Positions 46,090 to 59,180 are shown, counted from the first letter of the stretch. The stretch is DNA of 64,000 nucleotides from an uncultured delta proteobacterium (GCA_963767925.1 CAVYGB010000010.1:320001-384000), one strand, 5' to 3'. Program-made: numbers and translations. Notes: a model not told the origin generated them from the sequence alone.

Positions 46090-46176
46090 CGCCCCAGCAT
46101 AGCGCGCCCGCCCGCAGCAAGGGGCCGGGCGCGCCGGCGCGGCCCCGGGCAGGGCCGCACCTGTCGGGATGGTCCC

Positions 46177-48354
46177 CTACTTGATGAAGAGGATCTCCTG
46201 GTAGGTCGGCAGGGGCCACAGATCGTCGGCGACGATGCCCTCGAGCTGGTCGGCGGCCTCCCGCACCTTGAGCATGGCCGGCAGCACCGAGGTGCAGTAG
46301 TGCTTGGCCTCGGCCAGCGCGCCGTCGCCGCCGTGCTCGCTGCAAACGGCCTCCAGGCCCACCAGGCCGGCCTGCAACTTGCCCACCAGGTCGGTCACCT
46401 GCTTGAGCACCGCCGTGTCGGCGGTCAGGCCACTCGCCTTGACCGCGACGGCGGTCTCGGCCAGCTCGCGCTGGTAGCGCAGGGCCGCGGGGAGGATGTG
46501 GGTCTTGCCGATCTTGCCGGTGAGCTTGGCCTCGACGTTGACGGTCTTGCAGTACTGCTCGAGGTAGATCTCGTAGCGGCTGTGCAGCTCCCGGGGGGTG
46601 AGCACCTTGTACTTGTCGAAGAGGGCGATCACCTCGGGCTTCTGCAAGACGGGGAGCGCGTCGACCGCCGTCTTGTAGTTCGGCAGGCCCCGCTTCTCGG
46701 CCTCCTGGTGCCACTCGGCCGAGTAGCCGTTGCCGTCGAAGATCACGGCCCCGTGCTGCTGGACGATCTCGGCCAGCACGTCCTGGATGGCGAGGTTGAG
46801 CTTCTTGCCGCTGCTGACCGCGGCCTCGAGCTTGCCCGCGATGAAGTCACAGGACTCGGCGATGGCGGTGTTCAGGGCGACGAGCGGATCGCCAATCGAC
46901 TGGCTGGAGCCCACCGCCCGGAACTCGAAGCGGTTCCCGGTGAAGGCGAAGGGGCTGGTGCGGTTTCGATCCCCGGCGTCCTTCGGCAGGGTCGGCAGGG
47001 TATCGACGCCGATCTCCAGCATGCCCCGCACCTTCGAGGACCGGGCGCCGCCCGCGCGCACCTGCTCGAACACGTCGGTGAGCTGCTGGCCCAGGAAGAT
47101 CGAGATGATGGCGGGCGGGGCCTCGTTGGCCCCCAGGCGGTGGTCGTTGGCCGCGGTGGCGATGGCCGCCCGCAGGAGGCCGGAGTGCTTGTGCACGGCC
47201 CGGATCACCGCCGCGCAGAACACCAGGAACTGGGCGTTCTCGTGGGGCGTGTCGCCCGGATCCAGCAGGTTGCCCTGGGCCCCGTTGCCGAACGAGAAGT
47301 TGACGTGTTTGCCCGAGCCGTTGACGCCGGCGAAGGGCTTCTCGTGCAGCAAGCAGACCAGGCCGTATTTTTCGGCCACCCGCTTCAGCGTCACCATGAC
47401 GAGCTGCTGGTGGTCGGCGGCGATGTTGCCGCTCTCGAACACCGGGGCCACCTCGAACTGCCCGGGCGCCACCTCGTTGTGCCGGGTCTTGACCGGGACG
47501 CCAAGCTTGAACAGCTCGCGCTCGACCTCCATCATGTAGCCCAGCACGCGCTCGGGGATCGCCCCGAAGTAGTGATCCTCGAACTCCTGCCCCTTGGGCG
47601 GCCGGGCCCCGAACAGCGAGCGGCCGGCGTTCAGCAGGTCGGGGCGGGCGTAAAAGAAGCTCTTGTCGATCAGGAAGTACTCCTGCTCGGCGCCCGCGTA
47701 GGAGACCACGGTGGCGGGGCTCTCGTGGCCGAAGAGCTTGAGGATCCGCTGGACCTGCGTGTTGAGCGCCTGGCCCGAGCGCATGAGCGGCGTCTTCTTG
47801 TCCAGGGCCTCGCCGGTCCAGGACACGAAGGCGGTGGGGATGCACAGGGTGGTGCCGTTGGCCGTCTCGGCCAGGTAGGCCGGGCTGGTCACGTCCCAGG
47901 CGGTGTAGCCGCGCGCCTCGTTGGTGGCGCGGATGCCCCCGTTGGGGAAGCTCGAGGCGTCGGGCTCGCCCTGGACCAGGGTCTTGCCGGCGAACTCGGT
48001 GATGGCGCCGCCCTCGCCGTCGGGCGAGAGGAAGCTGTCGTGCTTCTCGGCGCTCAGCCCGGTGAGCGGGTAAAAGATGTGGGCGTAGTGGGTGGCCCCC
48101 CGGGACAGGGCCCAGGCCTTCATCGCCGCCGCCACCGCGTCGGCGACGCGCGGGTCGAGGGCGCTGCAGGTATCGATGGTCTTCTTGAGCGAGCGGAAGA
48201 CCTCCTTGGGGAGCATCGCCTTCATGGTGGCGAGGCCAAACACGTTGACGCCGAACAGGGACGCTGCGGCGGTCTCCTTGTAGTCCAGGGGCGAGCCTGT
48301 CGTTTTGTGACTCGTCGCCGCCGCGATCGCCGCCTGCCGTGCTGTTCCGCTCAT
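46177..48354 (-). CDS. glnA: Glutamine synthetase type III
   Basis: [76 protein letters not shown]. Confidence 0.96.
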   Translation of the reverse strand: MSGTARQAAIAAATSHKTTGSPLDYKETAAASLFGVNVFGLATMKAMLPKEVFRSLKKTIDTCSALDPRVADAVAAAMKAWALSRGATHYAHIFYPLTGLSAEKHDSFLSPDGEGGAITEFAGKTLVQGEPDASSFPNGGIRATNEARGYTAWDVTSPAYLAETANGTTLCIPTAFVSWTGEALDKKTPLMRSGQALNTQVQRILKLFGHESPATVVSYAGAEQEYFLIDKSFFYARPDLLNAGRSLFGARPPKGQEFEDHYFGAIPERVLGYMMEVERELFKLGVPVKTRHNEVAPGQFEVAPVFESGNIAADHQQLVMVTLKRVAEKYGLVCLLHEKPFAGVNGSGKHVNFSFGNGAQGNLLDPGDTPHENAQFLVFCAAVIRAVHKHSGLLRAAIATAANDHRLGANEAPPAIISIFLGQQLTDVFEQVRAGGARSSKVRGMLEIGVDTLPTLPKDAGDRNRTSPFAFTGNRFEFRAVGSSQSIGDPLVALNTAIAESCDFIAGKLEAAVSSGKKLNLAIQDVLAEIVQQHGAVIFDGNGYSAEWHQEAEKRGLPNYKTAVDALPVLQKPEVIALFDKYKVLTPRELHSRYEIYLEQYCKTVNVEAKLTGKIGKTHILPAALRYQRELAETAVAVKASGLTADTAVLKQVTDLVGKLQAGLVGLEAVCSEHGGDGALAEAKHYCTSVLPAMLKVREAADQLEGIVADDLWPLPTYQEILFIK

Positions 48355-48601
48355 GTTTTTCCCATCTCCTTTGTGGATCAGACCGAACGTAGCCGCTTCG
48401 GCCGACACATATCGCGACTCGGGAGTTCCACCCAGCGCTTTCGCCGCGATATTCGATTGAAACGGAAAAATGGGCGGGGATGGCGAGCCGGTGACCGCCA
48501 TGTTGCCGGCAGGATTCCAGCGCCCGGCGCGGGCGGCCAGGTGACCGCGCCGCCCTGCCGGATAGGCACGACCGGCCCGACCGCGACGCCCGGGCCGAGG
48601 C

Positions 48602-49408
48602 TCAGACCCTGGCCCGCGAATCGATGGCCCGCCGGAACGGCTCGGGGCGGGCAAACAGCGCCTCCAGGCGGCCCCGGGACAGCTCGCCCAGCGCGCTCGG
48701 CTGTCCGCCGAGGGCACATTGCAGGTAGATCGCCTCGCGCAGCAGGGGGGTCAGGTCCTGCTCGCGGCGGAGGGTCCAGGCGCGATGGTCGACGGCGTCG
48801 CGCCGCACGGCGGCCTCGAAGTCGATGAGCAGCGGCTCGAGCGGCGCCGGGCTGACGATGCAGTTGTGAAGCTCGGCGTCCCCGTGGGCCAGCCCGCCCC
48901 CGTGCAGCAGCGAGAGCTGGGCCAGCAGCTCCTCGGCCAGCCGCCACAGGCCGGCCACCAGGGCCAGCGGCTGCTTCTGCGCCGTGGCGATGTTGCTCTC
49001 GGGGGGGTCGGCGCCGAAGGGGGTGAGGCGGGAGTAGGCCTGGCCGGGGATCAGGCAGCTCCGGAAGACGTCGGGGTCATGGCCGATCGGCGGGGGGACC
49101 GCGCAGAGCCGGGAGGCCAGGAGCTGACACTCGAACTCCTCTCCGGCGTCGCCGTGCAGCCGGCCCGGCGAGTAGGTCTTGCGGACGTGGAGGGGGTATT
49201 TCGCCGCGGCCGGATGGGCCTGGCGGGTGTCGGCGCCGGCGATCACCAGCTCGGCCGCCATCAGCGGCAGGCCGTTGGCCTCGCGGCGGGCCAGGGTGCG
49301 CACGACGAAGTCGCGGCCGGGAGCCCGCTCGACGAGCGCGAAGACCTCCCCCGCCAGCAAGACCGCGTGACGGGGCGAGACCGCGACCGGGTGTACCTCG
49401 TCGTCCAT
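48602..49408 (-). CDS. Atypical kinase/phosphotransferase-like protein
   Basis: HGDAELHN catalytic-loop-like and IDFE metal-binding-like motifs. Confidence 0.55.
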   Translation of the reverse strand: MDDEVHPVAVSPRHAVLLAGEVFALVERAPGRDFVVRTLARREANGLPLMAAELVIAGADTRQAHPAAAKYPLHVRKTYSPGRLHGDAGEEFECQLLASRLCAVPPPIGHDPDVFRSCLIPGQAYSRLTPFGADPPESNIATAQKQPLALVAGLWRLAEELLAQLSLLHGGGLAHGDAELHNCIVSPAPLEPLLIDFEAAVRRDAVDHRAWTLRREQDLTPLLREAIYLQCALGGQPSALGELSRGRLEALFARPEPFRRAIDSRARV

Positions 49409-49481
49409 CCCCCCAGGTTTTGTAACATTTTCGGGGCCCGGATCCCCGTGCTCTTCGGGCCGGGCCGGCGAAAGCCGGGGG

Positions 49482-50324
49482 TCACTCGCCGCTGTAGTTG
49501 ATCTCCATGCTGCGCGCGCGCAGGCAGGCGACGAGCAGGACGAGCCCGCTCAGCAGGAACAGGCCGGGGATGGCCAGGGCGGCCGAGATGGGCTCGGCCG
49601 GGATGGCGAAGAGGGCGGCCGCCCCCTCGGGCTGGACCTCCACCGGCAGCAGCGGCTCGAGGTAAAAGACAACGCTGAAGAGCTTGAGGGGGACGGGCAG
49701 GACCTTGTTGCCCGCCTCCCACAGGAGGATCAGCACCGCGGGGACCACCGGGTTCTTGAAGAGCTGGCCGAGCAGCAAGAACCCCGCCCCGTAGCCGACT
49801 CCGGCCAGGGCGGTCACCAGCAGGTAGGCGCCCAGGTGCGAGAGGCCGGGGCCGGCGAGGAAGAAGTCCAGGCCGGCGCGCCCGAAGTGCAGGTACATGG
49901 CGGCGAACAGGGCGACGACCGCCGTCCCGAACACGAGCAGGACGGCCAGCACGCCCGCCGCGAACTTCCCGCAGGCCAGCACCTCGCGGCGCACGGGGGC
50001 GAGCAGGTAATAGTGCAGGCTGCGCTCCATCATGTCGCCCCGGAACAGGCGGGTGAAGATGCCGAGGCAGCCGAAGAACAGGCCGAGGCGCAGGTAGTAG
50101 AACTGGAAGATCCCGGCCAGGATCTCGGTGTCGGTGTCGAGCGCGTGGGACTGCCCGGTGGCCAGGGCGTACACCGCGTGCAAGGCGGCGATCAACACGG
50201 GCCCCAGGGCCAGCAGGTAGACCCAGAGGGCCCGCAGGCCGCGCAGGCTCTTGCGCAGCTCGAGCCCCACGATGGTGAGGAGCTGGCGGCGCCGGGTGGG
50301 CCAGAGCGGGCTGCTAGCCGTCAT
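49482..50324 (-). CDS. ABC transporter permease
   Basis: Multiple TM segments, [15 protein letters not shown]; coupled to the ATPase gene. Confidence 0.85.
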   Translation of the reverse strand: MTASSPLWPTRRRQLLTIVGLELRKSLRGLRALWVYLLALGPVLIAALHAVYALATGQSHALDTDTEILAGIFQFYYLRLGLFFGCLGIFTRLFRGDMMERSLHYYLLAPVRREVLACGKFAAGVLAVLLVFGTAVVALFAAMYLHFGRAGLDFFLAGPGLSHLGAYLLVTALAGVGYGAGFLLLGQLFKNPVVPAVLILLWEAGNKVLPVPLKLFSVVFYLEPLLPVEVQPEGAAALFAIPAEPISAALAIPGLFLLSGLVLLVACLRARSMEINYSGE

Positions 50325-51277
50325 GACAGGGGCCCTCCCTCCGAGCCGATCAGGTACTGGTAGACCGAGCCGACGTCGTCGTCGGCCGGGACCACCGCCT
50401 GCACGTCGATCCCGTCCCGCACCACCGCCTGGTTGAGCAGGGCGTAGAACCGATCGGCGCTGCGGGTGCGCACCAGCAGGCCCTGGCTGTCGTCCTGGAT
50501 GCGGGCCTCGACGACGTGGTCCTGCTCGAAGGCCAGGCGGGCCAGGCGGCCGGGCTGCGTGCAGCGCACCAGGATCTGCATCGGCCGGTCCTCGACCTCC
50601 CCGCGCACGCCCTGGATCTGCCCCTCGGCGACAACGTAGCCGTGGCTGAGGAGGATCACCCGGTCGGACAGGCGGTCGACCTCGTGCAGGATGTGGCTGG
50701 AGATGATGACGTGCATGGCCTGGGCGGCCAGGGCCTTGAGCAGCTCCATCACCTCGGCGCGGGCCATGGGGTCCAGCCCGTTGAGCGGCTCGTCGAGGAC
50801 GAGCACCCGGGGGTGGTGGGCGATCGACTGGGCCAGGCGCATCCGCTGCCGCATGCCCTTGCTGTAGCCGGCCATCTTGCGATCGGCGGCCTCGCTCATC
50901 CCCACCCGCTCGATGGCCTCCTCGGTCGCCTCGAGGGCGGGCCGGTGATCCAGGCCGTGCAGGCGGAGGGTTTCGTAGATGAAGCTGCGGCCGGTGGCGC
51001 CCCGGGGAAGATGATCGAACTGGGCGCAATAACCCACCAGGCGGAAGAAGCGCTCCGGATCCGAGACCGACACCCCCAGCACCCGGATCCGGCCCCGGGT
51101 GGGAAACAGCAGCCCGGTCATCAGGTTCATCAGGGTGGACTTGCCGGCGCCGTTGGGGCCCACAACGCTGGTGATGCCGGCCGGGATCGTCACCGACACC
51201 CGGTCGACCCCCAGCACGTCGCCATAGAACTTGGAGACCCCCTCGAAGCTGACGACCTCGTCCTCGGCCGCGCTCAT
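50321..51277 (-). CDS. ABC transporter ATP-binding protein
   Basis: [26 protein letters not shown]. Confidence 0.93.
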   Translation of the reverse strand: MSAAEDEVVSFEGVSKFYGDVLGVDRVSVTIPAGITSVVGPNGAGKSTLMNLMTGLLFPTRGRIRVLGVSVSDPERFFRLVGYCAQFDHLPRGATGRSFIYETLRLHGLDHRPALEATEEAIERVGMSEAADRKMAGYSKGMRQRMRLAQSIAHHPRVLVLDEPLNGLDPMARAEVMELLKALAAQAMHVIISSHILHEVDRLSDRVILLSHGYVVAEGQIQGVRGEVEDRPMQILVRCTQPGRLARLAFEQDHVVEARIQDDSQGLLVRTRSADRFYALLNQAVVRDGIDVQAVVPADDDVGSVYQYLIGSEGGPLS

Positions 51278-52165
51278 CCCCGCACCACCTCGCGGCCGCG
51301 CAGCCGACGGTCGAGCAGGAAGACGCACAGCAGGCCGAGCGCCAGCAGGACCAGCCAGCAGTAGCCCACCGGGATGTCGAGGGTGCTGGCATCCCCGATC
51401 AGGTGGCGCCGCACCGATCGGGGCGCCGGCACGTCGAGCAGGTCGCGCCAGATGGTGGAGACCAGGTAAACGATGCTGACCAGCTTGCCCCAGTAGGTGC
51501 GCAGGACCTCGCTGGCCGCGGCCCCCAGCCCGGCGGTCAGGAAGAAGGTGCCGGCGAAGAGCCCGGTGGCCACGATCCGCCACTTGACCCAGGCCGAGAG
51601 GGCCAGGGCCAGCAGCGACGTCACGCCGATCCAGAGCCAGGCCGCCAGCACGATCCCGCCCAGCAGAGGCAGGTTGCGGCGGCCCCAGCCGCCCTCGTCG
51701 AGCACCGCCTGCAGCCCGAAGAGCAGGACGTCCGGCACCCAGGTGATGAGGGAGAGCACGAAGAAGAGCGTGGCCAGCCGGCCGAGGACGTACTCCAGCC
51801 GGGAGAAGGGCCGGCTCAGGTAGAGCGGCAGGGCGCCGTTGACCAGATCGGGGGCCACCAGGCCCGGCCCCATCCAGGCGGTGAGCAGGAAGGCCAGGGC
51901 ACCCTGCGCCACCATCAAGTAGTAGAAGAACTGGCCGTCCACCCGGATGGGAGAGTCGCCCTGCAGTCCCACCAGCGCCTGGGCCAGGGGGTTGTTGTAG
52001 AGGTAGATGAAGGCGGCGGCGAGCAGCGGCGGCACCATGCTCAGCATCAGGTAGGCCGACAGCAGCTTCGACTCGGTGATCGACTGCCAGGCGTAGCGGG
52101 GCAACACGAGGAAGCGCGACCAGGAGGGCGTCAGGCCGACCGCGCCGAGGGGGCGGTAGACGCGC

Positions 52166-52179
<14 letters not shown>
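51274..52179 (-). CDS. ABC transporter permease
   Basis: [17 protein letters not shown], multiple TM segments. Confidence 0.87.
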
Positions 52180-53101
<922 letters not shown>

Positions 53102-53118
53102 GCAGGGTCTTTTTTACC

Positions 53119-55776
53119 CTACTGCGGCCGCTGGCGGTGGAGCAGGTCGGCCAGCCCGGCCGAGCCGACGAAGTGGTCCAGCCCCAGCCCGAAGAAGCCT
53201 CCCGCGCTCGCCACCTGGATCTCCGACTCCTCCCCGTAGACGTAGACCAGCGAGGGGCGGGCGGCGGCGGTCAGGCGCTCGAAGGCCTCCCGCTGCTCGG
53301 GGCGCAGGGCCCGGGTGCCGGCGATCCAGTCGCCCACCAGGGCGCCCGCCTGACCGAGGTCGTGGTACACGACCGCGGAGAAGTTGGGGTGCCGATCCGA
53401 GGGGAGCAGGTTGCGGAAGCGCCCGGCGTTGCGCAGGTGGGCCCCGGTCTGGCGCACCCGCAGCGCGCGGTGCAGGAGCTCCTCGGTCGGGCCGACGACC
53501 AGGTAGCCGTCGGCGAACAGCCAGCGCACCGCCACCTGGGCGCCCGCCCCGGGGACGGTCAAGGCGAAGACCTCCCGCCCGCGGCTCTGGCCCCGCTCGA
53601 GGCGCAGCTCCTTGCCCGGCTGCTGCCCGGGCCCCTGACCCTGGGCCTCGATCTGCCGGTTGACCTCCACCACCAGCTTCTCGATGGCGGCGATCAGCCG
53701 GTCCGGCTGGTGCACCTCGAGGACGACCTTCCAGGAGGGGATCGGCAGCAGGGGCCCGTCGATGGCCAGGGCCACGTCGTTGCCCAGGGGGGCGGCCACC
53801 TCGGCGCGCAGCCCGACGCCGAGCCGCTGCTCGAAGGCCTGGAGCTGCGCCGGGAAGTCGGGGCTCATGGCCCCCGCCACCCGGAAGAGATCGTCGAGGA
53901 CGCCAGTCGCGTCCTTGACCACGAAGGCGGCGGCGAAGCTGGCCCCGGCGGTGACGAAGTCGAGCGAGCCCATGGGGGCCGGCGCGGCCAGCCAGGAGGC
54001 CACCCCCTGCCGGGGGCCGGCGAAGCTCACGGTGGCCCGGCTCTGGGTGTTGTCGCGCACCTTCTCCTGCTCGACGACGAGGAAGCGGGCGTTGTCGGCG
54101 CCCAGCTCGCGCAGCAGCGTTCGCGGATCGCGGGCCGGCCCCTGCCCCTCGGCCTGGCTGGCGGCCAGGCGGGCGATGGCCTCCAGGTCGACGGCGAACA
54201 GGGCCCCCACCCCGTCGCGGTAACACCCGGAAATCCGCTGGCCGAAGGGCGTGGCGGCGAAGCCGGAGGCCGGCGCGAGCGCCGCCCGCAGCCCCTCCCG
54301 GTCGGGGGCGGCCGCCACCAGGGTGTCGGTGATCAGCACCAGCGCGTCGGCGGGCCGGCCGGGGACCTCCGCGGCCAGCGCGCGCTCGTCGAGGACGCGC
54401 AGCTTGTCCCCGGCGGCCGGCAGCTTGGCCTCGAGCGCCTGCCGCAGCCCCGGGCGCGTCACCTGCGCCAGGATCAGCGGGCGCAGGCCCTCGCCCACGG
54501 GAGCCAGGGCCACGACGATCTCGTCGCCGAGGTGCTCGGACAGCGCCCGCAGCAGGCTGACCAGCTCCGGCAGCTCGGCCTCGAGCTGGCTGGCCCCGCT
54601 CTCCAGCCACCAGGCCTGCAGGGCCGGGCTGGCCTCGAGGCGCTCGCGGAACAGGCGGTGCACCTCGTCGAGGGTGACGCCGGAGTTGGGCAGGGCGGCG
54701 AAGGCCACCGCCCCGGCGGGCACGGCGTCCAGCAGGCGGCTTCCGTAGCGCAGGCCGGGCCAGCGCACGCCCTCGAGCTTCTTGTCGAGGGCGGCGACCT
54801 CGCCGAGCAGCTCGGCGTGCTGCGCGAGCTCCGGGCTCCAGGCCACCTCCTCGCCGATGGGGAGCGGCTGGATCTCGCGGCTGGTGGTCATCTGCCCGCC
54901 TGCGGTGAGGGTCCGGTCCTCCCGCTGGCTCTCCACCCAGACCGATCCCTCTAGGACCGAGATCCGCGTGCCCTTGACCCCCCGGTTGACCGAGAAGACG
55001 GTCCCGGTGACCGAGACCTTGGCGTCGTCGGTGATCACCATCAGGTGCCCCTCGCGCCGCCTGGCCGCCCGGACCAGGACGCTGCCCCGCTCGAGGTGGA
55101 CCGAGAGATCCCGGCGGTTCATGGAGACGGACAGCTCGGTCTGCTCGCGCATCTCCACCCGCGATCCGTCGCGCAGGCGCACCACCGCCCGCGTGCCGCG
55201 CGGGGTCCTCAGCCACTCGCGCTCGCTGGCGTCGCGCCCCACCTCGAGCTGGCGCTGCCCCTTGTCGGCGATGAGGTAGACGGCGCCGTCGGCCGACTCG
55301 AGGGTGGCCCGGGGGCCGTCGGGGGCGGTGGAGAAGGCGCCCCGGAAGAGGACGGCCAGCGCGCCGGCGACGATCACCAGCGAGGCCGCCACCGCATACC
55401 GCGTGAGGGGCGAGAGGCCGCGGGTCTTCGCGGCGCCGGCGACCGGCTGCCGCCAGCGCAGCAGCTCGGCGCCCCGGCCGGCGAAGGCGCGGCGGCAGTC
55501 GGCGCACCCGCGCAGGTGGTCCTGGAGCAGGATCTCCCGCCCCTCACCCAGGCTGTGGGCCCGGTAGCGGGGAAACAGGGCCCGCACGTCGGCGCAGCCG
55601 CGGATGGGCGCGTCGGCCGCGCTCACGGCGGCCGAGACGGAGACGGCCGGCTGGTCGGTGCGCAGCTCGTCCGAGACCTTGCCCCAGACGCGGGCCCGCG
55701 CCGCCTCGACCGCCTCGTCGGCGACCTCCTGGTCGCGAACCGCGTCCACTGCCTGGTCGAACCGATCCCTGGTCAT
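53119..55776 (-). CDS. Membrane anti-sigma factor: zinc-finger (HxxxCxxC) + TM + FecR domain + large periplasmic domain
   Basis: DHLRGCADC, TM YAVAASLVIVAG, LRDGSRVEM...VSVTGTVFSV...VLEGSVWV; overlaps the sigma gene. Confidence 0.82.
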   Translation of the reverse strand: MTRDRFDQAVDAVRDQEVADEAVEAARARVWGKVSDELRTDQPAVSVSAAVSAADAPIRGCADVRALFPRYRAHSLGEGREILLQDHLRGCADCRRAFAGRGAELLRWRQPVAGAAKTRGLSPLTRYAVAASLVIVAGALAVLFRGAFSTAPDGPRATLESADGAVYLIADKGQRQLEVGRDASEREWLRTPRGTRAVVRLRDGSRVEMREQTELSVSMNRRDLSVHLERGSVLVRAARRREGHLMVITDDAKVSVTGTVFSVNRGVKGTRISVLEGSVWVESQREDRTLTAGGQMTTSREIQPLPIGEEVAWSPELAQHAELLGEVAALDKKLEGVRWPGLRYGSRLLDAVPAGAVAFAALPNSGVTLDEVHRLFRERLEASPALQAWWLESGASQLEAELPELVSLLRALSEHLGDEIVVALAPVGEGLRPLILAQVTRPGLRQALEAKLPAAGDKLRVLDERALAAEVPGRPADALVLITDTLVAAAPDREGLRAALAPASGFAATPFGQRISGCYRDGVGALFAVDLEAIARLAASQAEGQGPARDPRTLLRELGADNARFLVVEQEKVRDNTQSRATVSFAGPRQGVASWLAAPAPMGSLDFVTAGASFAAAFVVKDATGVLDDLFRVAGAMSPDFPAQLQAFEQRLGVGLRAEVAAPLGNDVALAIDGPLLPIPSWKVVLEVHQPDRLIAAIEKLVVEVNRQIEAQGQGPGQQPGKELRLERGQSRGREVFALTVPGAGAQVAVRWLFADGYLVVGPTEELLHRALRVRQTGAHLRNAGRFRNLLPSDRHPNFSAVVYHDLGQAGALVGDWIAGTRALRPEQREAFERLTAAARPSLVYVYGEESEIQVASAGGFFGLGLDHFVGSAGLADLLHRQRPQ

Positions 55777-56306
55777 CGTGATCCTCCTGCGAGCTTGCGA
55801 AACTGCCGTCGAAGCTGACCCCTGGCCCGAAACAGCGAGACCGCCACGACCGCCGCCGAGGTGTCGAGCATCTGGGCGATCTCCCGGTTGTCGTACCCCT
55901 CGAGGTGGCGCAGGACGAAGATCTCGGCCTGGCGCTCGCTCAGCGTGGTGAGCGCGCGGCGCAGCCAGGCCCGCAGCTCCACCGTGTCGCTGGCCGGGCT
56001 GGCCGGGGCGGCCTTGCCCACCTCGTCGAGCGCCTGCCGGTCGGTTTGCCAGCGCGACCGGCACAGGTCGAGGGCGGCGTTGATGGCGGCCCGGTAGAGG
56101 TAGCTGGCCAGGTTGTCGATGGCCGCCGGTCGAGGATCTTGCCGCGCCAGCCGCAGAAAGACGCTCTGCAGGACATCTTCGGCGTCGCTGGTGCTGCCGG
56201 TGATCCGGTAAGCGGCCCGGTAGACCCGCCGGTGGTGGTCTTCGAAGACCCGGGCCAGCTCGGCGCTCTCCGGCTCGATGGGTGGTTTTCGCAAGGTTGC
56301 CAGCAA
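55773..56306 (-). CDS. ECF RNA polymerase sigma factor
   Basis: DAEDVLQSVFL, YLYRAAINAALD, IFVLRHLEGY..REIA. Confidence 0.9.
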   Translation of the reverse strand: MLATLRKPPIEPESAELARVFEDHHRRVYRAAYRITGSTSDAEDVLQSVFLRLARQDPRPAAIDNLASYLYRAAINAALDLCRSRWQTDRQALDEVGKAAPASPASDTVELRAWLRRALTTLSERQAEIFVLRHLEGYDNREIAQMLDTSAAVVAVSLFRARGQLRRQFRKLAGGSR

Positions 56307-56436
56307 GATGCCCCTCCCCTGGTTGGCGGACGGAGGGATGACGGGCGGGGGGCGGCAGATCTTAACGAAAATGATCGCCGCCTGCTGACGCCCGGTGTCG
56401 GCGCAAGGTCGCCGCGTCGGGGAGCCCCCGGGGCGG

Positions 56437-57588
56437 TCAGACGCCGGCGCGGGCGCTCGGGCCGAGCTGCACCAGCTCGCCGCCCTTCCGGTTGGCCGAC
56501 AGGGTGCCGCAAGCGGCCCCGATCTCCCGACCGCCCGAATAGCGCCGGACCACCGGGATGCCGGCCTCCGACATCTCGTCGCGGAAGGCGGCCACCTCCG
56601 CCTCGGAGGGGGGCTGGTACTGGCCGGTCTCGTCGCTGACGTCGATCAGGCTGATCTTGACCCGCAGCCCCTCGGTCAGGGCGATGAGCTGCCGGGCGTG
56701 GGCGGGGGTGAGATTGCTCCCGCCGATGCCGACATAGGCCAGGGTCACCCGCCCCCCCAGGTTGGCGGCGTAGGCCCGCACGGCGTCCATCAGCTCGGGC
56801 AGGGGCCAGCGGCGCTCGATGGGCATCAGCGGCAGGCGGTCACCGCTGCTGGGAGCCCCGAGCGACACGATCAACCGGAAGCGGTGCCCCTCGGCGGTGA
56901 AGCGGCGGATCATCGGCACCACGCCGGCGGTGCTGATGGTGATCGCCTTGGCCGAGATGGCCATCCCCGCCGGCTCGCACAGGATGTTCGCCGCCCGCAG
57001 GACGTTGTCGTAGTTCAGGAAGGGCTCGCCCATCCCCATGAACACGACCCCGCGCACGGGGTGCTCGGCCTCGGCCGCCACCTGGCGGATCTGGGCCAGG
57101 ATCTCCCAGGTGCGCAGGCTGCGGATCGCCCCCAGCCGCCCGGTGGCGCAGAAGTCGCACGCCAGCGCGCAGCCGGCCTGCGAGCTGACACAGATCACGT
57201 ATTTGGCCGCCGGCAGCGCCTCGAGGGGGCCGGCCTGGCCCTGCTTGCGCCGGAGCTTCAGCGCGCGCGCGTCCTCCGGATCGGGCAGGGGGATACGCAC
57301 TGCCTCGATCGACGGTCCGTCGGGGAGGCGAAACAGATACTTCACGAAGCCGTCCGCGGCCTGGCGCCGCTCGATCAGCTCCAGCTCGGGAAACTCCAGG
57401 TCGCGCGCCAGCCGCTCGCGGGCCTCCCGCCCGAGCCCGACCACCCCTTCGAGCGTGCTGGCTCCGTGGCGGTGAACGCGGGCAAAGATCCGCCGGGCCA
57501 CCACCTCGTCCACCCCGTAAGGCGCGACCGCATCCCGCAAGGACGCGACGTCGAGATCGCGCAGGTTGAGGCGGACCGGGGCGGGCAT
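56437..57588 (-). CDS. rlmN: RlmN/Cfr-family radical SAM RNA methyltransferase (divergent)
   Basis: CVSSQAGCALACDFCATG, VFMGMGEP, ITISTAG, IGAACGTL. Confidence 0.78.
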   Translation of the reverse strand: MPAPVRLNLRDLDVASLRDAVAPYGVDEVVARRIFARVHRHGASTLEGVVGLGREARERLARDLEFPELELIERRQAADGFVKYLFRLPDGPSIEAVRIPLPDPEDARALKLRRKQGQAGPLEALPAAKYVICVSSQAGCALACDFCATGRLGAIRSLRTWEILAQIRQVAAEAEHPVRGVVFMGMGEPFLNYDNVLRAANILCEPAGMAISAKAITISTAGVVPMIRRFTAEGHRFRLIVSLGAPSSGDRLPLMPIERRWPLPELMDAVRAYAANLGGRVTLAYVGIGGSNLTPAHARQLIALTEGLRVKISLIDVSDETGQYQPPSEAEVAAFRDEMSEAGIPVVRRYSGGREIGAACGTLSANRKGGELVQLGPSARAGV

Positions 57589-57818
57589 GAAGCTCCAGAA
57601 GGTAACATGCTGCAGAGGCCGGGGACGTCCTGACGGGACCATCCCGGGGGCCCAGCCCGCTCCGGCCCGAGAGGACCCGGAAGAACGAATTGTTCGCGCG
57701 GCTGTCGATTCCCGCGCGCCCGGATCGTCTTCTCCTCGAAGCACGAAAGGAACCGGGCCGCGGGCCGTGTTTGCGCGCGCGCCGGCGGTAGATTGTCCGC
57801 AACCCGAGAGGTACCTCG

Positions 57819-59090
57819 ATGACATTCAAAGCCTTTTCCATCTCCTTCCTCGGCGCCATCCTGGCCCTGGCCACCCCGGCCCGGGGCGCTCCCGAACCCC
57901 AGCCTGCCGGGGGGGCGAGGTTCGTCGGCACCTGGGGGGCGGCCCAGCAGGCGCCGAACGCGATGGCCTTCTTCGGCACCAACTGGTCGATGGAGGGGTT
58001 CGCCAACCACTCGCTGCGCCAGGTGGTTCGCCTCAGCACGGGCGGGTCGAAGCTGCGGATCCGGCTGTCCAACGTGTACGGGACGGCGCCGCTGCCGATC
58101 GCCGGGGCGTCGATCGCCCGGGCGGGCGCGGGAGCGGCGATCCAGCCCGGGACCGCGCAGCGCCTGAGCTTCGACGAGGCGCCGGCGGTGACGATCGCCC
58201 CCGGCCGCGAGACCGTCAGCGACGCCCTCGATCTGCCGGTGGCCCCGCTCGAACGCCTGACCGTCACCCTCTTCTTCGCCGCGCCCTCCGGCCCGGCGAC
58301 CTTCCACCTGCTGTCCTCTTCCACCAGCTACCGGGCCAGCGGCGACCACCTGGAGGACGAGGCCCCGGCGGCGTTCAGCGAGACCAGCCTGATGTGGTAC
58401 TTCCTGGGCGGGGTGGAGGTGAGCGGGCGGCCCCCCCGGGCGCGCCAGGCGGTCGTGACCTTCGGCGACTCGATCACCGACGGGGCCTTCTCCTCCCTGG
58501 ACCAGGACCACCGCTACCCCGACGTCCTCGCCGAGCGCCTGCTCGCCGCCGGCAAGCCCCTCGCCGTCGTCAACACCGGCCTGAGCGGCAACCGGCTGCT
58601 CACCGACACAACCTGCTTCGGCGAGCGGGCCCTCGCCCGGTTCGAGCGCGACGTCGCCCGGCGCCCGGGCGCCCGATCGGTCGTGGTGCTGCTGGGGATC
58701 AACGACATCCTCGCCGCCAGCCTGGGCAACGACCCCGGCTTCGCCGAGTGCGCCACCGAAAATCCCGTGGTCACCGCCGAGCAGCTCATCGAAGGCCACC
58801 GCGCCCTCATCCGCTCCGCCCACGCCCGCGGCCTGCGGGCCATCGGCGGCACCGTCACCCCCTACCGGAGCGAGCTCTGGACCGAAGCAGGCGAGCAGGT
58901 CCGCAGCGCCGTCAACACCTGGATCCGCAGCAGCGGCGAATACGACGCGGTCGCCGACTTCGACCGCGCCGTCGCCGACCCAACCGACCCCCTCCGCATC
59001 CGCCCCGCCTTCGACGCCGGCGACGGCCTCCACCCCAACGACGCCGGCCTCCGCGCCATGGCCGAGGCCATCGACCTGGAAGCCCTGTAG
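57819..59090 (+). CDS. Secreted SGNH/GDSL hydrolase
   Basis: FGDSITDG, NTGLSGN, GIND, DGLHPN. Confidence 0.92.
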   Translation: MTFKAFSISFLGAILALATPARGAPEPQPAGGARFVGTWGAAQQAPNAMAFFGTNWSMEGFANHSLRQVVRLSTGGSKLRIRLSNVYGTAPLPIAGASIARAGAGAAIQPGTAQRLSFDEAPAVTIAPGRETVSDALDLPVAPLERLTVTLFFAAPSGPATFHLLSSSTSYRASGDHLEDEAPAAFSETSLMWYFLGGVEVSGRPPRARQAVVTFGDSITDGAFSSLDQDHRYPDVLAERLLAAGKPLAVVNTGLSGNRLLTDTTCFGERALARFERDVARRPGARSVVVLLGINDILAASLGNDPGFAECATENPVVTAEQLIEGHRALIRSAHARGLRAIGGTVTPYRSELWTEAGEQVRSAVNTWIRSSGEYDAVADFDRAVADPTDPLRIRPAFDAGDGLHPNDAGLRAMAEAIDLEAL

Positions 59091-59180
59091 GTCACTCGAT
59101 CACGCCCCGTTACGAATCACCGTGGAGCCGAGGCGCGGCTCCCGAACCGTCGAGCCGGAAACGTCGAAAGGAAAACAACA

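Noticed and set aside
48355..48470. Glutamine riboswitch (glnA motif) upstream of GS-III
   Set aside because: Only a simple GCCGAA/TTCGGT hairpin is visible; I could not match the conserved riboswitch core by eye. An Rfam scan would settle it.
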